From Octopus vulgaris (taxonomy: Eukaryota): 64,000 nucleotides of DNA. The position numbers and the translations under genes are program-made. The stretch is from positions 185,752,001 to 185,816,000 of the forward strand of contig OX597815.1 in NCBI GenBank assembly GCA_951406725.2, in the 5' to 3' direction. Positions 37,210 through 51,190 of the stretch are shown piece by piece (position 1 is the stretch's first letter; each line of letters starts with the position of its first letter). The notes under the pieces were generated by a model. That model was not told the origin of the DNA, made no database searches, and saw nothing but the letters and a program-made list of their open reading frames with translations.

Positions 37210-37610
37210 TTTATGAAGACGCTTGACCTTTATTCTCTAGAAAAACGCCGCCGCCGTGGTGATCACATTCTTGCTCACAACATCATAAGCGGAAAGTGTA
37301 ACCTCTCGAAAGAGCTGTTCTTCACTCCTGCTCCAGAGCGTCGGCTGTGGGGTCTCTCCGAAAAGCTCTGTCTGCGACGATTTCATCTCAATCGAAGGAG
37401 AGGGGCTTTCTCCATCCGGGTTGCAGATCCGTGGAATAAGCTGCCAGACAAGATAGTGAAGATGCCAACGACCGCTCGGTTCAAAATCTCCCTTGACCAC
37501 AAATGGCCTGAACTCTTTGCATGAACACCACCCTGTACATAACTCCATGTGCCCCAATAACATGGCCTTGCTTTTTGCTTTTTGAGCCAAAAAATTAACT
37601 AACTAACTAA
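37210..37610 (+). mobile_element. 3' end of a second CR1-like LINE
   Basis: LDLYSLEKRRRRGDHI...FSIRVADPWNKLP...FKISLD, short UTR, (taac)n tail. Confidence 0.85.
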
Positions 37611-38729
37611 ATGAAGGCAGCGAGCTGGTAGAAATGTTGGCATCTGCAGAGAGTTAACGTTCTCTGGGAAAAGTTCTGAGCAAAGCAGTTATTCAGAAGT
37701 CTGCGAGAATTAGCACTGGGCATAATATGTGTGATAATGGAAGGATTAAATGAGTGAACTAGATGGGCACAAGTGGGGCCTAATTAGTACTGAGAATCAG
37801 AAGCCTCTGTGGTAGCAATAGACAAGGTATTTGCAAGTTCACAGATGATAGCATGTTGTCAACTTAATGTGACAGTCCCATAAAAGGGAAGAATGCTACT
37901 ACTGCATAAATCTCTCTGAGAGATTTAGAAATATTATTTCTATTTTCAAGTTCACAGATGCTTCTATCTGTGGAATATCTCTTCCGCAGACAGAACATCT
38001 TTAGATTAGAAGCTGGAATACTTTGGTGAGGAACTTCATGCTAATCAGTCAGGTGGTCTCTTTCATATATTTTTGTGGAGGCAAAACGACCAAGATTTTT
38101 GGCATTATGTCATGCTTGAGAAGAACAATGGTGATGATGGTGGTGGTGGTGGTTGATGGGGGTCTGCACATTGAGTCATCCATGGATATTTCAGTAGCAC
38201 ATTGGATTTTCCTTGAGGAAGTGTTGCTTATCATCTTGCTCAACTCACCTGCTGTGTGGGCTTCTCTTCATGAAGCAACATAGCCAATTTAACAACATAC
38301 CTATTTCTTTACTACCCACAAGGGGCTAAGCACAGAGAGGACAAACAAGGACAGACAAACGGATTAAGTCGATTATATCGACCCCAGTGCATAACTGGTA
38401 CTTAATTTTATATATTATATAAGAAGACACTTGCTCCAGATGCCACATAGTGGGCTGAACCTGAGACCATGTGTTTGGGAAGCAAACTCCTTACCACACA
38501 GCCACACCTGCTCTTAGTCTTTTGAAAAACAGAAAGATAGTAATACTTTGGATGCAAACCGTCTGGCTGATACAGATGATATCTAAACAATAGGAGAAGA
38601 GCAAAATGGTAACAGCACAGGAAAATGGTAAAGACAGAGCTAAACTGTTAAAAGGATGTTAAATGCCATAATGCTAAATGGTAAAATGAAGTCAAATGGT
38701 GAAAGGTACAGCTAAACAATAAAGTATAG

Positions 38730-39125
38730 TGGCTTCTGTGCCGGTGGCACGTAAAATGCACTATCTGAATGTGGCCGATGCCAGCACCGTCTTGACTGGC
38801 TTCTGTGCCGGTGGCACGTAAAAAGCACCATCCGAACGTAGCCGATGCCAGTGCCGCCTTGACTGGCTTCCATGCCGGTGGCACGTAAAAAGCACCAACA
38901 GATTGTGGCCGCGGCCAGACTCCCCTAGCACCTGTGTCGGTGGCACGTAAAAAGCAACCACTACACTCACAGAGTGGTTGGCGTTAGGAAGGGCATCCAG
39001 CTGTAGAAACACTGCTAGATCAGACTGGAGCCTGGTGCAGCCTCCTGGCTTCCCAGACCCCAGTCAAACCGTCCAACCCATGCTAGCGCGGAAAACGGAC
39101 GTTAAACGATGTTGATGATGATGAT
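38730..39125 (+). mobile_element. Family C young copy
   Basis: Four ~65-bp gccggtggcacgtaaaaagcacc sub-repeats, then the core and (gat)n. Confidence 0.88.
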
Positions 39126-39377
39126 GGAGGCAAAAATTAGAGCTAAATGGTAAAGAACATCTCTTTTATCTGCCTTATTTGTTTCGGTCATTTGACTGCA
39201 GCCATGCTGGAGCACTGCCTTTAGTTGAGCGAATCGACCCCAGGACTTATTCTTTGTAAGCCTAGTACTTATTCTATTGGTCTCTTTTGTCAAACCGGTA
39301 AGTTACGGGGGACGTAAACACACCACCATCGGTTGTCAAGCGATGTTGGGGGGACAAACACAGACACACAAACATAA

Positions 39378-39412
<35 letters not shown>

Positions 39413-41638
39413 CACACACACGCACACACACACACACACTCTCTCTCACTTTCTCCCCATTCATCACCCTCTTGTACTATCTTATATACCTCCCCACCAC
39501 TACACACTCAATAAACACTATAAAAATAGTCAAATTTTCCCCAAGAACTTAGTTCAATTTGAAAACTTCACTAGAACAGACGAAAGTGCTAATATATGAT
39601 ATATGATGTATAAAAGCATGTAATATACAAATAAATATCTCTAAATATAATAGCATCCGAATTTCTGAGTACCTCATTTCTTCTAATATATATATACATA
39701 TATAGACAGGCTTCTTTCAGTTTCTGTCTACCAAATCTACTCACAAGGCTTTGGTCAGCCTGAGGCTATAGTAGAAGACACTTGCCCAAGGTGCCATGCA
39801 GTGGGAATGAACCTAGAACCATGTGGTTGGGAAGAAAACTTCTTACCACACAGCCACTCAATATTAAAACATATCACTAAATTATAAAACTAAGTCTAAA
39901 TGGTTGTACCACAACTAATTGTAAAATCTACAGCTAAATTGTAAAAAAAAAAAAAAAGAAGCTTAATGGAAGTGTAAGTTTCTTGTTTTATTCTTTGCCT
40001 TATGGATTGCATTGCTTTTCAGCATCATTTTGGCAATGCTACAGAAGTAAATTCTGGCATCACACCAACTGTATATTTACACAACCTATGCTGTATATGC
40101 CAATTCTGAAGATGTCATTCATTTCTATTGGCCATATTTTCTTATAGTCTAAGAACTTGAAAAATATGTTCCCAAAATTAACACAACACAGAGTAATTTG
40201 ACTTTCCAATAAGTATGTTGGCATCTTTCAATGAAGCACCTTTGATGGTTTGTGTATCTGAAGATATTTATTTTATTTTTTATGATATAATATACGAATA
40301 ATAACATCACTAGTTCCAGGTTTCCAACAGAATAATTTGTAAGGCACTGCGTTTCTGATAATGGGAGTCTTTGTAACTAGGTGTAGAGCAAATATCTCAA
40401 TGGACTTTGTTTGTAAAGCATCGGCCTTCATAAAGAGGTTCTAATCACACAAGGTGGATGGAACTCATGGAAGTGGGGTACCCAGGAAGACATGTGCCAA
40501 AATAGTGAAGGACAATTTCAGGACACTGAACCTTACAGAAGAGATGACAAAGGACCGAGGTATCTGGTGCTTTGTTGTAGTCAAGAAGACCCACCCTCCA
40601 CAGCAGAAGTATTAATGTCACTCCACCTTCCCAGATGAAGTGGATTGGCATTTTGTTGATCAGGAGAAAGAGAGAGACTACTGATGCAAACACATACACA
40701 CACACACAGGGGAAGAAAACATAAATATTGCCTGGAAGATATAGTAAAGAAAACCCAGAGTCAAGACTATTGAAAAGGTTGCAAGACACAACAAAAATTT
40801 TAGGAAAATAAAAATAAGAAATAAGTGGAAATTTTATCGGTGAGTGTGTTACATTATAAGGCACAAAAAGAAAATGACTCTCCTCAGACACAACAGAATA
40901 TGCTTCAACATACCAACTCATATAAAGAATTTTGCAAACCAAATCCAAAAATAAAAGTACTGACATCAACATTTGGGAAAATCAGGTATTAAAAAAACAT
41001 CAGAGAAGACATTTGATCGTCAGTGCTGTCAATGAGTTTGAGACTCAGGACATTGAATATATTTAATTGAAAGTTGCTGCATGAGAATTGCAGGTTTTGA
41101 AACAATTTCCAGAAAAGGGGTTCACAGCAAACCCTACTTTGTTCTGTTAGGCATTGAGCATCTTAAATAGGTTCCATTAATAATGGATGGTATCGTGCTG
41201 CATGTGATGTTGAACACCAATATAATATTTTGGTTGCTTTGTATCATCTTTGTGGAACAAATTTCTGTTGTTGGGCTAAAATGTGAGTCAAACTTTTTTT
41301 TTAATATAATATACATATATGTACACACAATAGGATTGCATGCAGTTACCACCAGCCAAGTAACAAGGCTGAGTAACTTGACTAAGGTTTCATGCCATTA
41401 GACTGAACCTGAAACCTCACTGCTTTATCTGTACCCAAATCCACTCACAATGCTTTGGTCGGCCCAACACTATAGTAGAAGACACTTGCCCAAGGTGCCA
41501 TGCAGTGGGACTGAACCCAGAACCATGTGGTTCATAAGCAAGCTACTTACCACAAAGCCACTCCTGTGCCTTCCATGATAGCTTAAATATGATGGCTTTT
41601 GTGAACCTAGCTATTTGCATTTTCCTGGAACAATTTTT

Positions 41639-42062
41639 TGTACTTTTTGGTTATCTCACCCCCACTAAAAGTTTGGATTATCTCCCCAAGTTTTAATGAG
41701 AAATATCGGTACTTTTGGTTATCTCCCTCATCTTAAAAAAGAATTCAGTCTCCAATCAAACAAAAAAAAAATAACCAAAGTGAAACAATGAAACATATTG
41801 AATCTGATAAAATCTTTATAACAAATCATACAAAACTGAAAGAATTAAACATCTTATTAAATCTGATAACATTTTTATGACAAATCCTACCATTCCTACT
41901 GAGGAGGCCAAACGTCAACAGTATGTTGAAGTATTGAATCGAAAGGATGTAACTCTTTCAATCCAATCTCTTGTCGCCACATAAACTCAATTTTTTAGTG
42001 GGGAGATAATTCAATTTTTTAATGGCAATTTTGTAATGGGGTGAAATAAACCTAAAAGTACC
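41639..42062. mobile_element. Non-autonomous DNA transposon (Merlin-like)
   Basis: TIRs tgtactttttggttatctcacccc / ggggtgaaataaacctaaaagtacc; 8-bp flanks caattttt / cagttttt. Confidence 0.6.
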
Positions 42063-42660
42063 CAGTTTTTATTACAACGGAATGCTCTTTTTAATCTTAA
42101 TTTTATAACAGCGAATAATGGTAGAAACTATTAATGTTAATCGGCCAGATAGAGATAAGGAGATTTTGTGAAAAGAAAGGAAAAACTGTTGTTGTTGCTG
42201 TTGTTGTTGTTAAGCAAGAGACGGGCAAGGCTGATTAGGTGATGGTCTAGGGCTTAGGGGTGGGAGACCTCAGACCTTGGAAAAAAACTTTGGCCGTCTT
42301 GTTGTAGTCAAGGGCTCTTCATTGACGCCTGACACTATTGGAAGGGACCCTCGAAGTCGCTGGAAATGGAGATCTCTAGGTCCAAATTCTTGAACGGCTG
42401 TTGTTGCGGTTGAGCATCTCAGCTCTGATAAAGCAACATTATGATTAAAAAGGATTCCTACCATGACCATCCAACCGCTTAACATTTTTTTCTGTATACA
42501 ATGTGTGAGATAAACAAAAAGTGCCCAATTCTTATTACAACTGAATTCTCTTTTTAATCTTGATTTTATAACATAGAAAACAATGGTAGATTCTCTGAAA
42601 AGAAAGAACTGTTGTTGTTGCTGTTGTTGAGCATCTCAGTTGTGATGAAGCAACATTATT

Positions 42661-42863
42661 ACTCTTTTACTTGTTTCAGTCATTTGACTGTGGCCATGCT
42701 GAAGCACCGCCTTTAGTCGAGCAAATCAACCCCAGAGCTTGTTCTTTGTAAGCCTAGTACTTATTCTATTAGTCTCTTTTGCCGAACTGCTAAGTTACGG
42801 GGACATAAACACACCAGCATCGGTTGTCAAGCGATGCTGGGGGGGACAAACACAGACAGACAG

Positions 42864-42930
<67 letters not shown>

Positions 42931-43090
42931 TATATACGATGGGCTTCTTTCAGTTTCCGTCTACCAAATCCACTCACAAGGATTTGGTCGGCCCAAGGCT
43001 ATAACAGAAGACACTTGCCCAAGGTGCCACACAGTAGTACTGAACCTGGAATCACGTGGTTCGTAAGCAAACTACTTACCACACAACCAC
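42661..43090 (-). mobile_element. SINE family A
   Basis: Near full-length match to the other copies. Confidence 0.9.
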
Positions 43091-43502
43091 TAAAGAGAAT
43101 TCCTACCATGACCATCCCACCACTTAACATTTTTTTCTGGATGCAATGTATCTAGTGTCACAAAATCCAATGTGTCTTTTTAACCCTTTAGGTTCCTGTC
43201 AAATGTAATGCTTATTTATTCACATTGTTTTGAATTAATCATGCATTATCTCATAGCTTTGAGATTTCATTGATGTGATTATTTAGTTTTAGAATTACAT
43301 TGTAGGATAGGTGCAAGAGGCCAGATCTGGTTGGTTTGAACCCAAAATAGGCTGAATATTTGGGCCTAATATGGCCAATTTAAATGCTAAAAGGATAAAA
43401 ATATAAAGTGTGGTTTCAAGGACAATTGGCTGTTATTTTCTGCAGGGTGAACTCCCATGAAGCAATTTCTGCTCTAGCTCAAAATGGCTTTAGTAATAAG
43501 GT

Positions 43503-43692
43503 ATTATTTACATTATTTACATTTGACGGATGTTTGTCCTCATCTTGTTTGTTGTTAACATGTTTCGGCTAATATACCCTCCAGCCTTCACACCAGGTGT
43601 CTTGGGGAAATTTCTAATCTGGGTTCTCATTCCTAAGGTATTTTGCGATGTTATTATTATTCAGGTCACTACTTTGAATAATAATAATGATG

Positions 43693-43768
<76 letters not shown>

Positions 43769-43963
43769 CAACAACAACAACAACAACAACATTGAAAAAT
43801 ACCTTAGGAACGAGAACCCAGGTTCGAAATTTCCCCAAGACACCTGATGAAGGCTGGAGGGTATATCAAGCGAAACATTGTGTTAACAACAAGCAATATG
43901 AGGACAAATATCCATCAAATGTAAATAATGTAAATAGTTCTTCATCTCTTAAATACAGAACTG
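43503..43963. mobile_element. Family D fold-back around (AAT)n(AAC)n
   Basis: The left arm ~43503-43675 is the inverse of the right arm ~43780-43935. HHR at 43839-43884 (+), with a degenerate copy at ~43555-43602 (-). Flanks are taaggt(a/g)ttat. Confidence 0.85.
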
Positions 43964-46251
43964 TAAGGTGTTATATAGTTTTTAAACCAGTGATGAATGC
44001 TTTTTACCTTGCTACTGTTGACTCTTCTTATATTACTGGTACTTATTCAGTTGAAAGAAAATTAAAAACAAAATTTTAATTAAATTAGAAGTTTGATTAC
44101 GCTTCAAAATTTAGATAGCTTGTTAGGTTTTGTGTCAATCAATTTGTAAAAAGCTCTCTGCAGTGATCTTCCACATCATCACATTAATAAATATTTTTAA
44201 TGAATTCTTCTAATGGAAATTGTAGTTGTGGCCAATGCCAGTGCCGCCTGACTGGCTCCCGTGCTGGTGGCATGCAATAAGCACCATTCATGCGTGGGTC
44301 ATTACCAGTGCCGCCTGACTGGCTCCCCGTGCAGGTGACATGTAAAAATCACCATCCGAAAGTGGTCGATGCAGATTGTTTGATTAAAAAGAATTCCTGC
44401 CATGACCATTCCACCATTTAATATTTTTTCAGGATACAATGAATCTAGTGTCACAAAATCCAATGTGTCATTTTTTTAACACTTTAGATTCCTGTCAAAT
44501 GTAACTCTTGTTTATTCACTTTTAAAAAGAAAAAATTAATGATGCACTTAAAAAGTACCCACTACACTCTCAGGTGTTAAACAATGATGATGATGATGAT
44601 TTGAAGGTGTGGTGGTGTGGTAGAAAGTTTACTTCTTAACTACTAGGTCCCAGGTTCAGTCCCACTGCATGTCACTTTGGGCAAATGTCTTCCATTATAG
44701 CCTCAGGCTGACCAAAGCCTTGTCAGTGGATTTTGTAGACAGAGACTGAAAGAAGCCTGTCATACATGTGTCTGTGTGTCCCCCACCACTGCTTGATACC
44801 CAGTGTTGGCTTCTTTCTTTTATTCTTGTTTCAGTCATTTGACTACAGCCTTTAGTCGAACAAGTCAACCCCAGGACTTATTCTATTATTCTCTTTTGTC
44901 AAACTGCTAAGTTACACACACATAAACTCACCAACATCAGTTGTCAAGTGATGGTGAGGATACAAACATAGACACACACACACACACACATATATATATA
45001 CACATGAGCGAGGTCATTGCCAGTGCCGTTGGACTGGCTACTGTGCAGGTGGTATGTAAATAACACCATTTGAACATGGCCATTGTCAGTACCACCTGAC
45101 TGGCTCTTCTGCCAGTGGCACGTAAAAGCACCCACTACACTTTCAGAGTGGTTGGCATTAGGAAGGGCATCCAGCTGTAGAAGCTCTGCCAGATCAGATT
45201 GGAGCCTGGTGCAGCCATCTGGCTCACCAGTCCTCAGTCAAATCATCCAACACATGATAGCATGGAAAGTGGACGTTAAACGATGATGATGATGATGACA
45301 ACAGGCTTCTTTCAGTTTCTGTCTACCAAATCCACTCACAAGGCTTTGATCAGCCTGAGGCTATAGTAGAAGACACTTGCTCAAAGTGCCACACAGTGGG
45401 ACTGAACCCGGAACCATGTGGTTGGTAGGCAAGCTACTTACCACACAGCCACTCCTGTGCCTATTTGTTGGGATTCTAAGATAATTCCTGTGGTATGAGG
45501 TGCATTCCAGAAGTTTTCAAACTTTTCCAGAAATGGCTGTTACAACTGTTCTAAGTCAAAGTAAGTGCCACACAGTGGGACTGAACCCAGAACCATGTGG
45601 TTGGTAAGCAACCTTCTTACCATACAGCCACATCTGAGCCTTGTTTATATTTCAGGGGAAAAAAAACTGATAGAATAAGTAACAGGCTTAAAGTAATACA
45701 TATAGGGTTTGATAAATTCGACTAAAAAAATTCTTGAAGGCAAAGCCCCAGTATGGTCACAGCCAAATGATAGAAACAAGTAAACAATAAAAGATAAAAG
45801 ATGAAAGAACACAAAAATAAAACATCGGAATCTGGAAAAGTTAGCTGAGGAAAAAAAAATTAGATGCAACAAATTATGGTGAATTGATTTACCACAAGGA
45901 GTGAAAAATGCAATTCTTCAGACTCTTGAACTCCTTCAGAGAGGAAAAATCATTCAGGCTAATTGCAACTGGTTTCAGAAAACTGAATGTGAAAGTAAAA
46001 GTGTAATGTTGAGAAATGGATGTGGAGAGAGAGAGAGAGAGGGGCAGGAATGACTATGAGTAGTTGAGGTAGAAGTGTGATGTTTGAGGAAGAAAGTGAA
46101 GCTGGGGAAATGGTAAAAGGAATGTAGGAAGATAACAAGAAGCAGATCAATGTGGAGTGAGCAAGCAGAGCAGCAAATGGAAGAATTTCAGTATAAAACA
46201 GCCTCTGAAACGACAAAGTCCGAAGGAAGAATAGTGAAAGAGACAAATAGT

Positions 46252-46287
<36 letters not shown>

Positions 46288-46430
46288 AGAAGAAGAAGAA
46301 GAAGAAGAAGAAGAAGAAGGAGAAGGAGAGGAAGAAGAAGAAGGAAGAAGGAGAGGAAGAAGGAGGGGAAGAAGAAGAAGAAAGAAGAAAGAAAGAAGGA
46401 AGAAAGAAACAAAGAAAGAAACAAAGGAAC
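46252..46430. repeat. (GAA)n purine tract
   Basis: gaagaagaa run; source of the poly-E/R ORFs. Confidence 0.95.
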
Positions 46431-46626
46431 TTAATTCCAGAAACAGAATTAGAGAAGATTATTGGATGATAACATGATTTCTTCCCCCCCTTTTCTTAAA
46501 TTCATTTTAATTTTTAATATCAAGTTCAGTATTGTATTGTGATATTTTAAAACAACCTCTGTTTATGTGATCATTCTGGTAAAAATCAATTACCAAAAAT
46601 CTAGAATTCAAGTTAGATGGAACTTA

Positions 46627-47037
46627 CAGTTCTATATTCAAGAGATGAGGAATTATTTACATTATTTACATTTGATGGGTATTTGTCCTCATCTTGTTTG
46701 TAGCTAACATAACATTTCAGCTGATATACCCTCCAGTCTTCAAATCATTATTATGGCATAGTGGTTAAGAACATGAGCTACTAACCCCAAGATTCCGAGT
46801 TCAATTCCAGACAATGAACTGAATAATAATAATAATGCTCTTTACTCTTTTACTTGTTTCAGTCATTTGACTGCGACCATGCTGGAGCACCGCCTTTAGT
46901 CGAGCAAATCGCCCCTGGGACTTATTCTTTGTAAGCCCAGTACTTATTCTATCGGTCTCTTTTGCTGAACCGCTAAGTGACGGGGCCGTAAACACACCAG
47001 CATCGGTTGTCAAGCAATGCTAGGGGGACAAACACAA

Positions 47038-47075
<38 letters not shown>

Positions 47076-47245
47076 ATATATACGACAGGTTTCTTTCAGT
47101 TTCCGTCTACCAAATCCACTCACAAGGCATTGATCGGCCTGGGACTATAGCAGAAGACACTTGCCCAAGATGCCACGCAGTGGGACTGAACCCGGAACCA
47201 TGTGGTTGGTTAGCAAGCTACTTACCACACAGCCACTCCTGTGCC

Positions 47246-47286
<41 letters not shown>

Positions 47287-47439
47287 TCATCAAAAAATAT
47301 CTTAGGAATGAGAACCCAGGTTCAAAATTTCTCCAAGACATCTGATGAAAGCTGGAGGGTATGTCAGCCAAAACATTGTGTTAACAACAAACAAGATGAG
47401 GACAAATATCCGTCAAATGTAAATAATGTAAATAGTGTG
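46627..47439 (+). mobile_element. Family D: inverted tail + tRNA head + (AAT)n + HHR, with a SINE A nested in the AAT tract
   Basis: Inverted 3' piece 46627-46742; head 46753-46810; SINE A 46838-47246(-); decayed HHR 47337-47382; TSD gatggaactta (46616-46626 / 47440-47450). Confidence 0.82.
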
Positions 47440-48690
47440 GATGGAACTTATACACAAATGTTAAGGGTAATTTTAGATATATCTGAACCTGGGACCATGT
47501 GGTTGGGAAGCTAGCTACTTACCACACAGCCAATCCAGACATTACAGCTCTGATGCTGTGATTTTAAGATAAGTACTTAACACACAAATTAATTAACAAC
47601 TGATGTCGTTTGTACTTTGAAGCTGACTGGTAGGAATCTACAACTACAATATCTGTTGTTTCAAAATTCGAAGCAAGAATTCAAATTAGCAAAGACCCAT
47701 GCTTGTAATGAAATCTAGATATGAAATAATAAAAGTTAGAAGAAAAATATGACAATGTAGGAAAATAGTTTCAGGGTGAAAAAGTTAAAATAAATTGAGG
47801 AATAAAAAAAAAAATTAATTCTATCTATAAATAAATCATCAATATTCAATAAAACTAAGTGTTCAGTTGATGCATTGTCTTCTGAAAACAAATAATTTTG
47901 GACTCTGAAAATATTAAGAAAAAAAAAAAGGTATAATTTTTGACTTAGAAAGAAAGCTGTTAACCTGAAGAAATATCTCAAATTGCACAAATTATTTTTA
48001 AGAAATACGATACTTAATTTGCTTTGAAACATTAACGAGGAAAAGGGAAAAAAAAAAAAAAACTGGTGTCATATTTGTATCACAGGTAAATAGATAATTT
48101 GCAAAGAGAGAGCTTATTTCTAGAAAAATAAGTTCCTGGCATTCATTCGTGTGACTATGTATGTACAATAGTATATTAAACTGCTCAGAAACTGTATATT
48201 TCTATTTAATATGATCTGATATTTTCGTTTAAGTTTTAGACTTTAAAAATAGTCTTTGTAGTCAGATTTTATCTATCAGTCGAGTCTAGACATAAAACTA
48301 ATAAACTGTCTGTAATTCAGTCATCTACCGTTACAATACATCTGCCTCTTTGTGGAATTGAATTATCACGTTGAGATGAGGAGGAACTGTATTGACGAGT
48401 GTTACATTGTTAGAAACACCACTTTAATTTATTTGGTTGGAAAGATGTATTTCTGGAACAGTCTCTAATCAGTTCAGTTTAATTAGTTGTAAAATTACAA
48501 GAATTCTAGGATACTCTTCTTACATCAACCTACTTACAAGAAAAGTTAATTACTTCTCATAATTCATGGTTGTGTACTTTGCATTTAAAAGGCTATCTAA
48601 GATCATTAACCCTAGTGATTTATGTAAATCTTATGTGATTCTCTAATCTACTTTCATCTAAACATGGAAGTTTTAAATGAAGATAATAGA

Positions 48691-49086
48691 TTCTTTTATT
48701 CTTTTACTTGTTTCAGTCATTTGACTGTGGCCATGCTGGAGCACCACCTTCAGTCGAGCAAATCGACCCCAGGACTTATTCTTTGTAAGCCTAGTACCTA
48801 TTCTATCATTCTCTTTAGCCAAACTGCTAAGTTACGAGGACGTAAACACACCAGCATCGGTTGTCAAGCAATGTTGGGGGGACAAACACAAACACACAAA
48901 CATACATATATATACATAAAAACGACAGGCTTCTTCCAGTTTCTATCTACCAAATCCACTAACAAGGCTTTGGTCGGCCTGAGGCTATAGTAAAAGACAC
49001 TTGCCCAAGGTGACACGCTGTGGGGCTGAATCCAGAACCATGTGCTTCGTAAGCAAGATACTTACCACACAGCCACTCCTATGCCT
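48691..49086 (-). mobile_element. SINE family A
   Basis: Full-length match. Confidence 0.9.
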
Positions 49087-49279
49087 ATAGTTGATTATCA
49101 GACAAAATGTTTTGTGGTATTATGGGAAGCAGCATTATGTATGTGCTGTTTCAAGACAAAGTCCTTCACTGACCAGTGGCAACAGCCACACAATACAAGA
49201 TTGCCAGATCTACAGACTTATAGACATCAATAATTCACATTTTAAAGTGTATTTATTTCTAAAATGTATAGACTTAGTT

Positions 49280-49530
49280 ACAAGTGGCATTCCAGAAGTT
49301 TCCAGACATTTTCAGGGGAGATATTAATTTCAAAGAAGTACAAAACTCTAATCTCCTTCAAAGTGGGACCCTTTGATTTTGATACACTTGTTGTAGTGCT
49401 ACAACCAATTTATGAAGGCCCCTGTAGTGACCGCTGGCATTCAAGTAGGAAAGCAAAATGAAAAAGGAATCTAATGAGAGTAATCTCCCTCGATCATCTC
49501 AAAAATTCTGAAACATTCTAGAAGCTTCCA
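49280..49530. mobile_element. Mariner-derived remnant
   Basis: gcattccagaagttt TIR-like end (also at 45500 and 51345) and a mariner-like terminus aatctccttcaaagt. Confidence 0.45.
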
Positions 49531-50342
49531 ATTAACTTCCGGATGACGTGGAAGACAAGGACTTCCAGTTCATCTCTTATATAAAAGAACACATTTCTAA
49601 TTTCGTGACAGTCTTGCTTGTCAGTTGCTAGACATGCATTGAGTCATGCCACTCACATATACACCTGCACGTGCGATGTTTGCCTTATTTGCTTTGAGAC
49701 ATGGTTGCAAAATATGTTCATGTGATGTTACAAACCTTTTCCTTCAAGTAACCTTATATGTTAACGCATTACATCCAGTAATAAATATGTTATGACTTAT
49801 GAACGTCTTACAAATTCTTGTTTTCTTGTCATTTAAATACAAGATGGTGACCCCGCTTTCTTGCATGCAATCATCATCATCATCATCGTTTAACGTCCGG
49901 GGATCTGGGAAGCCAGAAGGCTGCACCAGGCTCCAGTCTTATCTGGCAATGTTTCTACAGCTGGATGCCCTTCCTAACGCCAACCACTCCGTGAGTGTAG
50001 TGGGTGCTTTTTGCGTGCCACCTGCACAGGTGCCAGGTGAGGCTGGCAACGGCCACGGTCGGATTGGTGTATTTCATGTGCCACCAGCACGGAAGCCAGT
50101 CGAGGCGGTGCTGGCATCGGCCATGAGTCGGATAGTGCTTTTTACGTACCACCAGACCAGGGAAAAATTAATGGGGGAGGGGATTCAATCGATTACATCA
50201 ACCCCAGTGCATATCTGGTACTTATCCTCGAAAGGATGAAAGGCAAAGTCAACCTCGGCAGAATTTGAACACAGAATGTAGAGGCAGACAAAATACTGCT
50301 AAGCATTTCTCCCGGTGTGTTACCGATTCTGCCAGCTCGCCA

Positions 50343-50522
50343 TAATAATAATAATAATAATAACATCAGCAAAAAATACCTTAGGAATTAGAATCCAGGG
50401 TTGGGTTCAAAATTCCACCTGGACACCTGATGAAGGCTGGAGAGTAAATCAGCTGAAACATTGTGGTAACAACAAACAAGATGAGGATACATATCCGTCC
50501 AATGTAAATAACGTAAATAATG
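50343..50522 (+). mobile_element. Family D 3' part with HHR (50422-50467)
   Basis: (aat)n...gacac CTGATGA a ggctg gagagtaaat cagct GAAAC att gtggt. Confidence 0.75.
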
Positions 50523-50726
50523 CATGCGTATTGTTTTTAAAGATACACAACAGCCTTCATTCAGAAAAGCAGATTACCTCAATCAGCTCTTATGTTCTGA
50601 TGTGCCTCTCCTTCCCACACCTTTCATCATCTCTCACCTCCTCTCTTCCACTTTTGAAACTCGTGTGCCAGCAAAGAGAAGTTTGGAGCATTTCATAAGT
50701 TTCTGTTTCATTTTTGTCCAGTTTAA

Positions 50727-51190
50727 TCCTTTTGTTAGCATATTTCTGTTGAGATGTTCTGTGTTTCTTTCAATTAATTTTAAGTATAACAAAGAATTTA
50801 GTAAAATAACTTATTTATCATTCAGCTAGTGTTAGGAACATAAATTGCGACTAAGGTTTGGTGGAAGATTTTAATTCAGAACTTATGAAAACAAGACATT
50901 TCTACTACAGAGCCAGAAGCAGTTTCAGCTGGGTTGGAAATGAAAGGGTTAAATTAATCATTTTTTAACCCTTTTGTTACCATATTTCTGTTGAGATGTT
51001 CAGTGTTTCTTTCAATTAATTTTAAATATAACAAAGAATTTAGTAAAATAACTTAGTTATCATTAAGCTAGTGTCAGGAACATAAATTGTGACTAAGGTT
51101 TGGTGGAAGATTTTAATTCAAAACTTATGAAAATAGGACATTTGTACTACAGAACCTGAGGCGGTTTCAAGTGGGCTGGTATCAAAAGGG
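50727..51190. mobile_element. Two adjacent piggyBac-like MITEs (50727-50948, 50969-51190)
   Basis: Reverse copies of the 8832/9211 family with ttaa-flanked ccc/ggg ends. Confidence 0.8.

Noticed and set aside
38730-38960. Repeat-spacer look of ggtggcacgtaaaaagcacc
   Set aside because: The intervening segments are homologous to each other and shared among dispersed family C copies.
46150-46477. Poly-R/E protamine-like ORFs
   Set aside because: They derive from a (GAA)n microsatellite.
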